Origin: Thermovirgaceae bacterium
GTDB taxonomy: Bacteria; Synergistota; Synergistia; Synergistales; Thermovirgaceae
DNA: 64,000 nt
Direction: 5' to 3'
Assembly: GCA_040767805.1 (NCBI GenBank)
Contig: JAXGNU010000001.1
Location: 207,059 to 271,058 of the forward strand
Both the position numbers and the translations under genes were made by a program. Below are positions 16,938 to 26,725 of this stretch, piece by piece. A model generated the notes under the pieces. That model was given only the letters and a program-made list of their open reading frames with translations. It was not told where the DNA came from and searched no databases. The number at the start of each line of letters is the position of its first letter. Position 1 is the stretch's first letter.

Positions 16938-18281
16938 TTATTCACCGAGAAGGATCCTGCCGCTGGGAGGGCCGACGATCCCGCCCTCCTCCACGACGAC
17001 CACACCGTTAAGAACGACCCATTTTACCCCTCCCGGAGCGGCCAGGGGCGCGCCGAACCGGCCCCGGTCCTCATAGGAGTCCGGGTCGATCACTACAAGT
17101 TCGGCACCGGCGCCCTCGGCGATACGGCCGCCCCGGTGCCAAATCATCTCCGCGGGCCTGGACGTGGCGTGCCTCACCGCTTCGGGCCAGGAAAGACCCG
17201 CCTTCCTGAGTATCCCTATGCCCCTGGGGAAGGTGCCCGCGGCCCTCGGGTGGCCCTCGTCACCCCGGAGCACGGCGTCGGAGGCTATGGCGCTTTCGGG
17301 GTGAAGGAGGCACAGGTCCACCTCCTCAGGGTTCATCACGTGGGCGATGACGTAGGCGTCGGGGTCCTCTTCCCTGGCCCTGGCGAAGAGTTCAGGCGTC
17401 AGGGGGATACCCCTGAACCGCCCGGTGGATACCTCCAGGCTCTCAAGGCCCTTCCCCAGGCGCTGTTCAAAGCCCGGGTCGAAGACGGCCGAACCTATCC
17501 TGGCGGCAAAGGCGTAATAGGGATAGACGTCGAAGGTGACATCCAGCCCCTCGCGCCGGGCCTGTTCTATCATCCCGAGGGCCTCACGGGAATGGCCGAA
17601 GGCCGTCATGCTCCCCAGGTGGGACACCTGGACCCTGACACCGCTCCGCCTCGAGATCTCGATGGCTTCCGCCACAGCCTCGGGGCTCCTCCGGCCATCG
17701 TACCTTATGTGGATAGATATGAACCGGTGCCTGAACCTGGAGACGACCTTCGCGAGGCGGAACAGCTCGTCCCGGGAGGTCCCGGGGGCGTACTCGAGCC
17801 CGAAGGACAACCCCAGGGCCCCCTCATGGAGGTTTTCCTCGAGGAGGGTTTCCATCAGCCCGACCTGCTCGGGGGAGGCGGGTGAATACCTGTCCTCGGC
17901 CCCGACGGCTTCCCTCAGGGTGGTGGCCCCGATCATGAACCCCATGTTCAATACGGGATTTTGGCTGAACCAGTCCTTGTAAACCTCCATCATGACCCCC
18001 TCGCCACAGTGCCCGCCGATGGCGGTGGTGACGCCCTGCAGCAGCAGTGACCTGAGAACGGTATAGGGGTCCCCCACCCGGTGTTCGAAGTGCATGTGGG
18101 TGTCGATCAGCCCGGGGAGGACCAGGAGCCCCGAGGCGTCGAGTTCGCGGGTCCCCTTCGGAGCGCCGCGGCCCACGAAAGCGAAAACACCGTCCTTTAC
18201 GGCCACATCGGCCTTTTTTTCCTCAAGAGAGACCGGGTCGATGACGGTCCCGTTCCTCACGACGATATCCATGCCGTTCAC
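16938..18281 (-). CDS. N-acyl-D-amino-acid deacylase (D-aminoacylase) family amidohydrolase
   Basis: PGLIDTHMH, QGVTT...GHCG, S.GLEY.PG, HIR, SH, ASD, HPR..GTFPR. Confidence 0.85.
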   Translation of the reverse strand: MNGMDIVVRNGTVIDPVSLEEKKADVAVKDGVFAFVGRGAPKGTRELDASGLLVLPGLIDTHMHFEHRVGDPYTVLRSLLLQGVTTAIGGHCGEGVMMEVYKDWFSQNPVLNMGFMIGATTLREAVGAEDRYSPASPEQVGLMETLLEENLHEGALGLSFGLEYAPGTSRDELFRLAKVVSRFRHRFISIHIRYDGRRSPEAVAEAIEISRRSGVRVQVSHLGSMTAFGHSREALGMIEQARREGLDVTFDVYPYYAFAARIGSAVFDPGFEQRLGKGLESLEVSTGRFRGIPLTPELFARAREEDPDAYVIAHVMNPEEVDLCLLHPESAIASDAVLRGDEGHPRAAGTFPRGIGILRKAGLSWPEAVRHATSRPAEMIWHRGGRIAEGAGAELVVIDPDSYEDRGRFGAPLAAPGGVKWVVLNGVVVVEEGGIVGPPSGRILLGE

Positions 18282-19501
18282 CTCCTTGATGCCGCCCCGC
18301 AGAAACGGACGGCGACGGACACGTAGGTCCTGAACCCTTCTTCCAGCTCGTCAAGCGTAATGTACTCCGCCTTGCCGTGGGACCTGGACAGGCTCCCGGG
18401 GCCGAACACCACGGTGGGGATCTTGCCGAAATGGCCGAAGATGGCCGCGTCGGTCCACCCCCTCCTCGTGGTCATCCTGGGTTCTATGCCGCTGACCTCC
18501 CTTATGGAGTCGACGACGGCCTTCACGATGGGGTCGTCGGGCGAGGTCTCCAGGGGAGCGTGGTAAAAGTGGGCCATCTTGCCCAGGTCCATCAGTTTCA
18601 GTTCCGCGCGAAAGGTCGGGTCCTCCCGCGACAGTTCGTCCAGGACCTCCTGGTACTCGGCGAGGACTTCCTGGAGCGATTCCGACGAAATGTATCTCCT
18701 GTCCATCTCGACCACGCAATGATCGGCCACGGTACTCGGCTGGGTCCCTCCCTCGACGCGGCCGAAGTTCATGACCGACGGCCCCATGTGGGGGTGGTCC
18801 CTCAGGGCGAGTTTCGGGACGATCTTCTCCTGGACGCGGTTGATGAATTTCGCGGCGTGGACGATGGCGTTAACCCCGTCCTGGGGGACCCCGCCGTGGG
18901 CTGCCTTACCGAAGAACTCCACCTCGATCCACTCGAGCCCCCGGTGGCCGATGGCGTACTCCCGGTCGGAGGGTTCGCCAACGATGGCGCCGTCGGCCCT
19001 GAAACCGGACCTGACGAGGGTCTCGCTCCCGTCGCTGTTGGTCTCCTCGGCCAGGACGCCGGCGAAGATGAGGTCACCCTTGAGGGGGACACCCGACCTT
19101 TGAAAGGCCGCGAGGGTCATCAGCATAGCCGCGACGGGCCCCTTCATGTCCACGGCTCCGCGGCCGAAGATCCTCCCCCCTTCGATCTTCGCCGCGAAGG
19201 GTTCGACTTCCATGTCGTAGGGGGGGACCGTGTCGAGGTGCCCCGAAAGGGCCAGGCTCCTGCCTCCCCCTTCGCCCTTGATAGTAGCGATTATATTGTT
19301 CCTTGAACCTTCCACGGGCTGAAGCGTGAAAGGGATATTTTCACTGGTCAGGAAGGAGGCCACTGCTTTCACTACTTCTTCCTCCTTGGTGGGCACATCC
19401 CAGTGGCTGGGTATCCGGATCAGCCTCGAGGCCAGTTCCGCGATCTCCCGGGGAGTTACCTCTGACGCCACCTTCGAAATCAAGGGATCCACGAGGACCA
19501 C
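18278..19501 (-). CDS. M20 ArgE/DapE-family deacylase
   Basis: GHLDTVP, GRGA.DMKG, EE, G.AAH, GVNAI, GPG....H...EY. Confidence 0.9.
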   Translation of the reverse strand: MVLVDPLISKVASEVTPREIAELASRLIRIPSHWDVPTKEEEVVKAVASFLTSENIPFTLQPVEGSRNNIIATIKGEGGGRSLALSGHLDTVPPYDMEVEPFAAKIEGGRIFGRGAVDMKGPVAAMLMTLAAFQRSGVPLKGDLIFAGVLAEETNSDGSETLVRSGFRADGAIVGEPSDREYAIGHRGLEWIEVEFFGKAAHGGVPQDGVNAIVHAAKFINRVQEKIVPKLALRDHPHMGPSVMNFGRVEGGTQPSTVADHCVVEMDRRYISSESLQEVLAEYQEVLDELSREDPTFRAELKLMDLGKMAHFYHAPLETSPDDPIVKAVVDSIREVSGIEPRMTTRRGWTDAAIFGHFGKIPTVVFGPGSLSRSHGKAEYITLDELEEGFRTYVSVAVRFCGAASRR

Positions 19502-19517
19502 CTCATTTCCTGGAATT

Positions 19518-19545
19518 CGGGGAGGGGCGCGGGAACCCCTCCCCG
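19518..19545. other. GC-rich intercistronic hairpin without a U-tract (possible mRNA processing/stabilising stem)
   Basis: CGGGGAGGGG-N8-CCCCTCCCCG between the transporter and the M20 gene. Confidence 0.5.
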
Positions 19546-19556
19546 TTCAGGTTTCC

Positions 19557-20972
19557 CTAGAAAGGCCCGTACTCAATAACGGCGGCGATGAACACCATCA
19601 CGGACCCCGCGGCGATCCAGAACACCATGAGAGGCCATATGAACTTGAACCAGCGCTCGTAGGGCATCTTGGCCATGCCGAGGACGCCCATGAGGGCCGC
19701 CGAGGTAGGTATGATCTGGTTCGTGAAACCATCGCCGTACTGGAAGGCGAGGACCGCGGTCTGCCTGGTGATATTCACCAGGTCGGCCAGGGGTGTCATG
19801 ATGGGCATGGTGGCAGCGGCCTGCCCGCTCCCCGAGGGTATGAAGAAGTTTATTACCACGTGGACCCAGAACATGCCCACGGCGGTCATCGCCCCCGGGA
19901 GCATGGCGACCCAGGAAGCCAGGGCGTGGATCACCGTGTCCACGATCTGCCCCTGGGACATGACCACCAGGATGGCTCGGGCGATACCCACGACAAGAGC
20001 TCCAAAGGCTATATCCTTGGCGCCGGCGACAAAGGCCGAAGCCATCTTGCTCGGGGCCAGGCGACCCACCAGGCCACCGATCACGCCCATGGCGATGAAG
20101 ACCGTGGAGAGCTCCATTATGTAGAAGCCCTGGGTCATCACCCCCCAGATCATGTAGGCGAAGCTGGCCAGGATCACGAGCATAACGAACTTGTGAACCC
20201 CCGTGAAGGGGAGGTCGGGCGTAACCGTATGGCGGGTCGGGTCGGATTCAACGAGGTCGTAGACGATGCTCTGGGTGGGGTCGGCCTTGATCTTCGCCGC
20301 GTAACGCATGATGTACCAGCAGGCGATGACGAAGAGCATCACGTGGCCCGCGAAGCGCAACCCGAGACCGGAGAAGAGGGGAAGCTCGGCGATGCTCTGG
20401 GCGACCCCCACCGTGAAGGGGTTCAGGGTGCCCCCGGAGAAACCGATATTGGCGCCCGTCGATAAAATGGCCACCCCGACGATGTCGTCGTAACCGACGG
20501 CCCTCGCCAGGGCGACCCCGATCGGGATGAAGACGATAACCTCCTCGGCCATGCCGTAGGTGGCCCCGCCTATGGAGAAGATGAGGAGGGTGATGGGGAT
20601 CATCAGCTTCTCCTTGCCCTTTAGGCCGAGGACGGCTTTACCGATGGCGCCGTCGATGGCTCCCGTGGCCTGGATGATCGAGAAGGCGCCGCCGCAGATG
20701 AAGATGAAGAAGATTATCTCGGCGGTTTCCTTCATCCCCTTGGGGACGGACTCGAACATCTTGAAGATGCTCACCGGGGTCCTATCGACATGATGATAGG
20801 ACAGGGCATCGACCAGGGTCCGTCCGGTCCTTTCGTCCTTGAACCTGTCATAGACCCCTGCAGGGAGTATGTAGGTCATGACCGTCGCGAGGATGACGAC
20901 GGATATCAGGATGACGTAGGTATGAGGGACCTTGACGCGCTTTTTCTTCTCACTTCCTGCTTCTACCGACAT
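19557..20972 (-). CDS. YfcC/DcuC-like membrane transporter
   Basis: PHTYVIL, P.G.Y.R, GM.EE, NPFTVG.AQ.IA, PSGSGQA..TMPIM.PL.D, FQYGDGF. Confidence 0.88.
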   Translation of the reverse strand: MSVEAGSEKKKRVKVPHTYVILISVVILATVMTYILPAGVYDRFKDERTGRTLVDALSYHHVDRTPVSIFKMFESVPKGMKETAEIIFFIFICGGAFSIIQATGAIDGAIGKAVLGLKGKEKLMIPITLLIFSIGGATYGMAEEVIVFIPIGVALARAVGYDDIVGVAILSTGANIGFSGGTLNPFTVGVAQSIAELPLFSGLGLRFAGHVMLFVIACWYIMRYAAKIKADPTQSIVYDLVESDPTRHTVTPDLPFTGVHKFVMLVILASFAYMIWGVMTQGFYIMELSTVFIAMGVIGGLVGRLAPSKMASAFVAGAKDIAFGALVVGIARAILVVMSQGQIVDTVIHALASWVAMLPGAMTAVGMFWVHVVINFFIPSGSGQAAATMPIMTPLADLVNITRQTAVLAFQYGDGFTNQIIPTSAALMGVLGMAKMPYERWFKFIWPLMVFWIAAGSVMVFIAAVIEYGPF

Positions 20973-21152
20973 CTTGGAACCTCCCTTCGAGAAAAGCACA
21001 AACCGTCGGGAAAAACCCCCATTACACGCCTCTTCAGTCCTTCCCTTCATTCACCTCCCGGTCGGGCTGCCCGGTCCCAGGACCAGTGCCGGGACCGGTC
21101 GACTTGTACGACTGCCATCAGCCAGGGTTGCGAGAAACTCCTTCACGCCTCC

Positions 21153-22304
21153 TCACAGGAGAGCCTGTATTATCAGTTTCGTGAAGAGGACCATGCAGAA
21201 TATAGCCGTCGGGTAGGTCGCCCCGTAGCCCGCGGAGCATTCGTCGGACCCCGTCGATTCAATGGCTGCGCCCAGGCCCGGCGTGCTGGTCATGGCCCCC
21301 GGTATGGCACCCAGGAATATCACCCAGTTGAGTTTGAAAAAACACCTCCCCACGAGGAGACCCGCGAGGAGGCTCGCCATCGCCGAGGCCGCCCCGATGG
21401 CCACGAGGGCGAAGCCGTGCTCCGCCAGTATCCTGGGTATGTCCGGGCCGGCCTGGATGCCCATGACGGCGAGGAAGTAGGCCAGCGAAAAGGTCCGCAG
21501 CGCCGAAAGGACCGAACCGTCAAGGCGCATGGGGAAAGGCCCGATGCTGCCCCTGGCCCCGGCGAAGAGGGCGAAGATCAGGGCGCCTCCCGTGCTCCCC
21601 AGGGAGAAATCACCCACCATCGGGATGGGTATCGTGATGGACCCGAAGAGGACGCCGCCGATCATGCAGAGGATGAAGGAAGCCAGCGTGAAGGGGACGG
21701 ACCCCCTCCCCGCGAGAGGGACCGTGCTGGCGTCGCGGATGGCGTTAACCAGCATCTCCCGTTCCCGCTCGAGGTCCAACTTGAGCAGCGCGGGGAGCAG
21801 CTGCACGAAAAGCACCACCGAAACCACCCCGAAGGGGTAGGCAATGGTGTATCCGATGGTGATGAGGGGGTTCCCCCCGGAGACCTCCAGGGCGGCGCCA
21901 AGCCCGGGCGAACTGGTAAGGGCGCCGGTGTAGGTGCCCCCAACAAGCAGGGGTTCCACGGAACCTGAGAAGAGGAGCGCCATGAAATAGGTCGCCAACG
22001 CCCCGGCGCCGGTCACGGCGACGGAGAGGACAACAAAACGGTAGCCATACTTTTTTATGACCCCGACGATATCCTTGGAAGACAGGAGCCCGACGGCGGT
22101 GACAAAGATCAGCAAGTTCCACATGAAAAAAACGCTGGGTACTTTAACGCCCAGCCACCCCATGATGATCCCCGTGAAAAGAGCACCGGAAGTCCCCAGG
22201 CCCACTCCCCTTATCTTGAGGTTGCCGAGGACGAGGCCGGTGAAGACGGCCACGCTGAGCAGAAACATCGAATTGGAAAGCAGTGACTCGAGATAGTCCT
22301 CCAT
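21153..22304 (-). CDS. AspT/YidE/YbjL-family antiporter (duplicated membrane domain, no TrkA-C domains)
   Basis: LG.SG.LF.G; repeated GALTSSPGL.AA and GAMTSTPGL.AA motifs; GY...YP twice. Confidence 0.85.
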   Translation of the reverse strand: MEDYLESLLSNSMFLLSVAVFTGLVLGNLKIRGVGLGTSGALFTGIIMGWLGVKVPSVFFMWNLLIFVTAVGLLSSKDIVGVIKKYGYRFVVLSVAVTGAGALATYFMALLFSGSVEPLLVGGTYTGALTSSPGLGAALEVSGGNPLITIGYTIAYPFGVVSVVLFVQLLPALLKLDLEREREMLVNAIRDASTVPLAGRGSVPFTLASFILCMIGGVLFGSITIPIPMVGDFSLGSTGGALIFALFAGARGSIGPFPMRLDGSVLSALRTFSLAYFLAVMGIQAGPDIPRILAEHGFALVAIGAASAMASLLAGLLVGRCFFKLNWVIFLGAIPGAMTSTPGLGAAIESTGSDECSAGYGATYPTAIFCMVLFTKLIIQALL

Positions 22305-22337
22305 GACCGCTGAGCCCGTCCCTTCGATATGGGTTCT

Positions 22338-23090
22338 CTACGTCCCCCGGAATCCCAGGCGGCTTGATATCTCGTCGGCCCCGTTCCTGAGGAGGGAAAG
22401 CCACGGTTCAACCACATCGGGGGTGAAGGTCTCCTTGGGGCCGACCAGGCTGAGGCAAGCCCAAACGTTCCCATGCCGGTCCCTTATCGGGGCGGCCATG
22501 CCGAAGGCCCCGATGAGGTTCTCCTCGATGCTGACAGCGTAACCCTGCCTCTTGATCTTTCGGTACTCCTCCATCAACTTCTCCGGGTCGGTCTCGGTAT
22601 AAGGGGTTTTTTTCTCGATATTCCTGGACGTGAGAATCCGCCGGATGCGGTCCTCGGGAAGGAAGGCGGTCAGCAGTTTCCCCAGGGCGCCGGCGTTGAA
22701 GGGGAAGCGGTTGCCCGTCTGGCCCTGGTATATGTACTTGTCGCCGATGCCCAGCTTGTATGCCAGGATCGGGTCATCGCCCTCACGGATGGCGATGAGG
22801 ACGGAAGCGCCCGTCCGGTCCGCCAGGGAGTGCATTATGGTGTGGGAGACATCCCAGATGCCCTTGGAATCGCTGTAGACATTACCAAGACGGAAGACGA
22901 GGGGGCCGAGGGAGTACTTCTTTGTGGAGGGGTTCTGTACAAGCAGGCTCTCCTGCACAAGGGACCTGATTATCTTGTGGATGCCGCTCTTTGAGACGCC
23001 CATCTCCCTCGAGAGTTCCGTTATTCCCATCTCGTAGGGAGGGTCGCCGAACCGTTTCAGTATCCGGATGAGCTTTTCGTGGCTGTTCAT
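22338..23090 (-). CDS. IclR-family transcriptional regulator
   Basis: N-terminal HTH (GITELSREMGVSKSGIHKI..Y.LG); GALGK.L.AF; GYA...EE...G..G.AAPI. Confidence 0.92.
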   Translation of the reverse strand: MNSHEKLIRILKRFGDPPYEMGITELSREMGVSKSGIHKIIRSLVQESLLVQNPSTKKYSLGPLVFRLGNVYSDSKGIWDVSHTIMHSLADRTGASVLIAIREGDDPILAYKLGIGDKYIYQGQTGNRFPFNAGALGKLLTAFLPEDRIRRILTSRNIEKKTPYTETDPEKLMEEYRKIKRQGYAVSIEENLIGAFGMAAPIRDRHGNVWACLSLVGPKETFTPDVVEPWLSLLRNGADEISSRLGFRGT

Positions 23091-23111
23091 TTCCAATCTC
23101 CGTTAGCTGGT

Positions 23112-23128
23112 GGAGAACTGATTTCTCC
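23112..23128. promoter_or_regulatory. Dyad GGAGAA-N5-TTCTCC just upstream of the IclR gene (candidate auto-operator)
   Basis: Perfect 6-bp inverted repeat about 20 bp upstream of the start codon. Confidence 0.4.
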
Positions 23129-23214
23129 TCCAAAGAACTCTTCTATTATTTTTCCGGACAAAGGCCTTTTTGTCAAGGATTAGCTGAATGACGCGGTCCC
23201 CACTAAAAGGGAAT

Positions 23215-23240
23215 AAAAAAGGCGGGACCTTGGTCCCGCC
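23215..23240 (-). terminator. Intrinsic terminator of the SYLF gene
   Basis: A6 run plus GGCGGGAC-CTTG-GTCCCGCC. Confidence 0.85.
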
Positions 23241-23259
23241 CGGCACAAACGAAGGGCGC

Positions 23260-23979
23260 CTAATCGGCGGCCTTTTTTACCAGTTCGTCCAGCGCTGAAA
23301 CCAGGGGCTGGATACTGGTCGCCGTTGCTTTCTTCTGGAGTATCTCCTTCGAGTTGATCGATGACCCCCAGTAGGAGGCGTTGGTGTCGTGGTCGGTGGT
23401 GATCGCCGCCCCGCTGAGGGAGAGCCCCGCGAAGAGCCCTTTGTTGAGGGAATAACTGTAGATCGAGGCCTGGAGGTTCACGTCCGTCGCGGCTCCCGCG
23501 CTGCGCCCCACCGGGCCCGCGGCGATGTCGATATCGGCCCCCAGCTTGAACTTGTCGCCGTAGAACCGGTCCATCCCTTTCTGGTTGGTCACCACCAGTA
23601 GGAGGGCCGTGGACTGGACACCTATCTGGAGCCCTATGGAAGCGCCGGTAATGCTCAGGAAATTGGGCCCGTACCAGGTGTTGCTGGAAGCATCACGCCT
23701 CAGTATCAACCCCTCCCCGTGGGCACCCCCGATCCCCAGGGCGGCCTTCACGTAGTTGGGGATGATGACGACCCCCTTGGCGGACTTGACAAGGTCGGCC
23801 ATAGCGCTGACATCTTCCTCCCTGGACATATCGCGGACTACGTGCACCGAAGAGGTTATCCTCTCGTTGGCCGTAGCCGCCAGGAGAGGGGCCGGAAGAA
23901 GGGGAAGCAGGGACACTGACAAAAGCAAGACTACGGTCACTGTGCGTTTAGTTCTTCTCATGACTGCCATCTCCTTCAC
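23260..23979 (-). CDS. Lipid-binding SYLF (Ysc84-like) domain exported protein
   Basis: Signal peptide; S.GLQIG.Q, AGPVGR, YS...GLFAG.SL.G. Confidence 0.88.
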   Translation of the reverse strand: MKEMAVMRRTKRTVTVVLLLSVSLLPLLPAPLLAATANERITSSVHVVRDMSREEDVSAMADLVKSAKGVVIIPNYVKAALGIGGAHGEGLILRRDASSNTWYGPNFLSITGASIGLQIGVQSTALLLVVTNQKGMDRFYGDKFKLGADIDIAAGPVGRSAGAATDVNLQASIYSYSLNKGLFAGLSLSGAAITTDHDTNASYWGSSINSKEILQKKATATSIQPLVSALDELVKKAAD

Positions 23980-24059
23980 TTTTTTCTGCCGGGACCGTTC
24001 TTTGACCGATTATCAAATTTTTGAGGGGCCCTTCCCTTGCGCAGAGTCCATCGGGGCGC

Positions 24060-24389
24060 TCACCGGGAGGGATCTTCTGAGGGCGGGCCCAAGTTCCCTC
24101 CCTGGGCATCGGTCGCCTCAAGGAAGGAATGCTTGAGGGTTTTGGGCCTCGTCTTGGCCTTTCTCTCGATAGCCTGGGCCCCGGCGCGGCTGTACCCGCG
24201 GGACGTGACAAAGACAAGTTCCACCGGGCGGCGGGAAGCGGTGTACCTGGCGCCCCTACCCTCGTTGTGCTGCCGAAGGCGTTTCTGTGGGTCCCGAGCG
24301 ATGCCGCAGTAGTAGGTCCCGTCGGAACACCTCAAAAGGTAAACGTGAAAAAGGCCCTTATCAGAGGTACTTTGACAGGGTCCTGTCAA
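24060..24389 (-). CDS. GIY-YIG nuclease family protein (UPF0213-like)
   Basis: VYLLRC.DG.YY.G.....RL.QHN.G.GARYT..RRPV; start uncertain. Confidence 0.85.
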   Translation of the reverse strand: MTGPCQSTSDKGLFHVYLLRCSDGTYYCGIARDPQKRLRQHNEGRGARYTASRRPVELVFVTSRGYSRAGAQAIERKAKTRPKTLKHSFLEATDAQGGNLGPPSEDPSR

Positions 24390-25476
24390 TCCTCTTCAGC
24401 CCTTCCTTTAGGCGCGGCCGGTCCACGCCGAAGTTCATCCTCAGGTGGTTCTCGATGCCGAAGGAACTGCCCGGAATGACGAAGACGCTGTTGTTTTCCA
24501 CCATGTCCATTACGAGGTCCCAGGACGGCACGGGGAGGTCGTACTTCACGAAGGCGAAGCAGCCCGCCGCCGGGGGGGTGAAGGATAACACCCCGTGGTG
24601 GCTGTCAACCCATTCCGTGAAGGTGGCGAGGTTCTGCCGGACGATCTCCCTGTTCCGGGCGAAGATCTTCTCGCGCATGTCCGGTTCAAGGGCTTTCGTG
24701 GCGAGGTAGTCGCTGAAAGTGGTGACCGTCGTGGAAAGGAAATCGTGGTAGAACCAGGACATCTCGGCTATGTCCCTGGGCCCTGCCACCCATCCGATCC
24801 TAAGGCCCGGTAGCCCGAAGGACTTCGAGAGGCCGCTGATGATGATGGCCTTGTCGTACATGCCCCAAAAACTGGGGGTCATCTTGTCGGTCTGTTCGGC
24901 CCCGCGATACACCTCATCGGAGAGAAGGTAGGCCCCCGCTTCCGAGGCAGCCTCGACGATCCGCCCCATCTGCTCCGGGGTGAGAACCGTCCCGGTGGGG
25001 TTGTTGGGGTTGCAGACGCAAACGAGCTTGGTCTTGGGCGTCACGGCCCTTTTCAGGCTGTCCAGGTCAAGGGACCAGCCCCGCGCCGGGTCGAGGTTGA
25101 AGTTCCGTACCACCGCCCCGTTGGACTCCACCACGTGGGAGAGGAGCATGAAGTTGGGGATCATGAAGGCGACCTCGTCGCCCGGATCGATGAGGCCCCA
25201 GGCGATCAGGAAAAGCGCCTCGGCCGAGCCGTTCGTCATGAACACGGAGGAGGGGTCCATCCCTTCGTAGAAGGAAGCTACGGCCTTCCTGAGGTGTTCC
25301 GTGCCGGCGGTGTGGACGTACTTGAGGTGCAGGTTGTTGTAGGCGTCTTCCATTTCCCTCGGCGAGAGGATCTCCCGTATGAACATGGGGTATATGCCGG
25401 AAGCGCTGAGGTCGTATTCCACTTCGTTCTGGAACCGGGCCAGCGTCCTCTCGAGTTTGAACTCTTTGATCTTCAT
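24361..25476 (-). CDS. PLP-dependent aminotransferase class I/II
   Basis: NPNNPTG, SDEVY, SGLSKSFGLPGLRIGW. Confidence 0.9.
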   Translation of the reverse strand: MKIKEFKLERTLARFQNEVEYDLSASGIYPMFIREILSPREMEDAYNNLHLKYVHTAGTEHLRKAVASFYEGMDPSSVFMTNGSAEALFLIAWGLIDPGDEVAFMIPNFMLLSHVVESNGAVVRNFNLDPARGWSLDLDSLKRAVTPKTKLVCVCNPNNPTGTVLTPEQMGRIVEAASEAGAYLLSDEVYRGAEQTDKMTPSFWGMYDKAIIISGLSKSFGLPGLRIGWVAGPRDIAEMSWFYHDFLSTTVTTFSDYLATKALEPDMREKIFARNREIVRQNLATFTEWVDSHHGVLSFTPPAAGCFAFVKYDLPVPSWDLVMDMVENNSVFVIPGSSFGIENHLRMNFGVDRPRLKEGLKRIDRTLSKYL

Positions 25477-25555
25477 TTAATGACCTCCTGTCTCAATAAG
25501 GGGATACCCCCTTTCGAATTGTATCCTAAATTCCCCATGGGAAGGAGAAAGCACT

Positions 25556-26623
25556 CTAGACCAGCGCCATTATAAGGGGAGGAAGGATGACGTAAATGGT
25601 CAGGAGCCTCGCAAGATGCAAGAGGCTAACCTTGAGAGGGTCGGCCCCCAGGTCCTCGGCGATGGAGGCCAGCTGGGTGATCCCCCCCGGGCAGGTGGCT
25701 ATGAGGCAGGTCATCAGGCTCCATCCGGTGACGGCCCTCACAATGAAGGCCAGCATGATGCCCCAGGCAAGCATGGCCGCCGTCGTCCCCACGATGGTCA
25801 GGAACATGCAGTAAATCGTCGAGAGTGTCTCGGGGGTGGCGTAAAGCCCTATGAGAGAGCCGAGCCCCAATTGAGCCACGTGCCTCGCCATCACCGGCAG
25901 GGGGCGGATGGGGAGCCCCGACGCTGCCGCGGCGGCGGTGAAGATCATGGAGCCCACGAAGCCGCCGACGGGTACGCCGAGGAAGTAGAATAAAAGGCCG
26001 CCCGCAGCGGCTATGGAAAGGGTCAGGAACCGACTACCCGCCCGCTGCCCTGGTTCGCCCGGTCGGGGTAAGGCCTCTTCCCGCCCGCTCCCTGGGTCGG
26101 GGTCGCCGCCGGTCGCGCCGGCGGGGGCCTTGCCCACCCTGGTGGAGATCACCGGCATGGCGATTAGCACCGAGGAGAGCCGAAAGAACTGCATCAACGC
26201 CACCAGGGCGGCGTCGGCCTCGAGGGTGAGGGCCAGCAGACTCATCTCGGCGATGCCCCCTGGCACGGTCCCGAGGATGGAAGTCGCCAGGCCAAGGTCG
26301 AACCAACGGTTTACCACCCAACCGAGACCGAGGGGGAAACTGATCCACCAGGCAGCAGCAAGTAAGGCTACAGGCAGACTGCCTACGAGTTCCCTTCCGG
26401 TTCGGCCGGTAAAATGGATACCGACGAAGAGCCCCAGGGTCACCTGGAAAAGCAGGTTCGCTCCTTCGGGGGTCGCCGGCACCACCCACCCCTTGACGGC
26501 GAAGAAGGCCGCCGAGACCATGGCCCCTACCATTACGGCCGCCGGTACCCGGAAAGCCCGGAGAAGGAGCCACCCGGGTATCCCTATGAGGAACAGGAGG
26601 AAGAAGTTCAAGGCCCAATCCAT
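25556..26623 (-). CDS. AbrB-family membrane protein (internally duplicated)
   Basis: Two repeats with PGG..EM/PGG..QL and Q..RL/H..RL motifs; about 10 TM segments. Confidence 0.82.
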   Translation of the reverse strand: MDWALNFFLLFLIGIPGWLLLRAFRVPAAVMVGAMVSAAFFAVKGWVVPATPEGANLLFQVTLGLFVGIHFTGRTGRELVGSLPVALLAAAWWISFPLGLGWVVNRWFDLGLATSILGTVPGGIAEMSLLALTLEADAALVALMQFFRLSSVLIAMPVISTRVGKAPAGATGGDPDPGSGREEALPRPGEPGQRAGSRFLTLSIAAAGGLLFYFLGVPVGGFVGSMIFTAAAAASGLPIRPLPVMARHVAQLGLGSLIGLYATPETLSTIYCMFLTIVGTTAAMLAWGIMLAFIVRAVTGWSLMTCLIATCPGGITQLASIAEDLGADPLKVSLLHLARLLTIYVILPPLIMALV

Positions 26624-26725
26624 AAAAGTCCCCCAGGTCGGGCGGCGGTGAAAAACTAAAGAGGGAACCCGCCGGGAATGATAAAATGGTCAAGGTTTTG
26701 AATAGATTCTCGCAAGGAGCATCCT

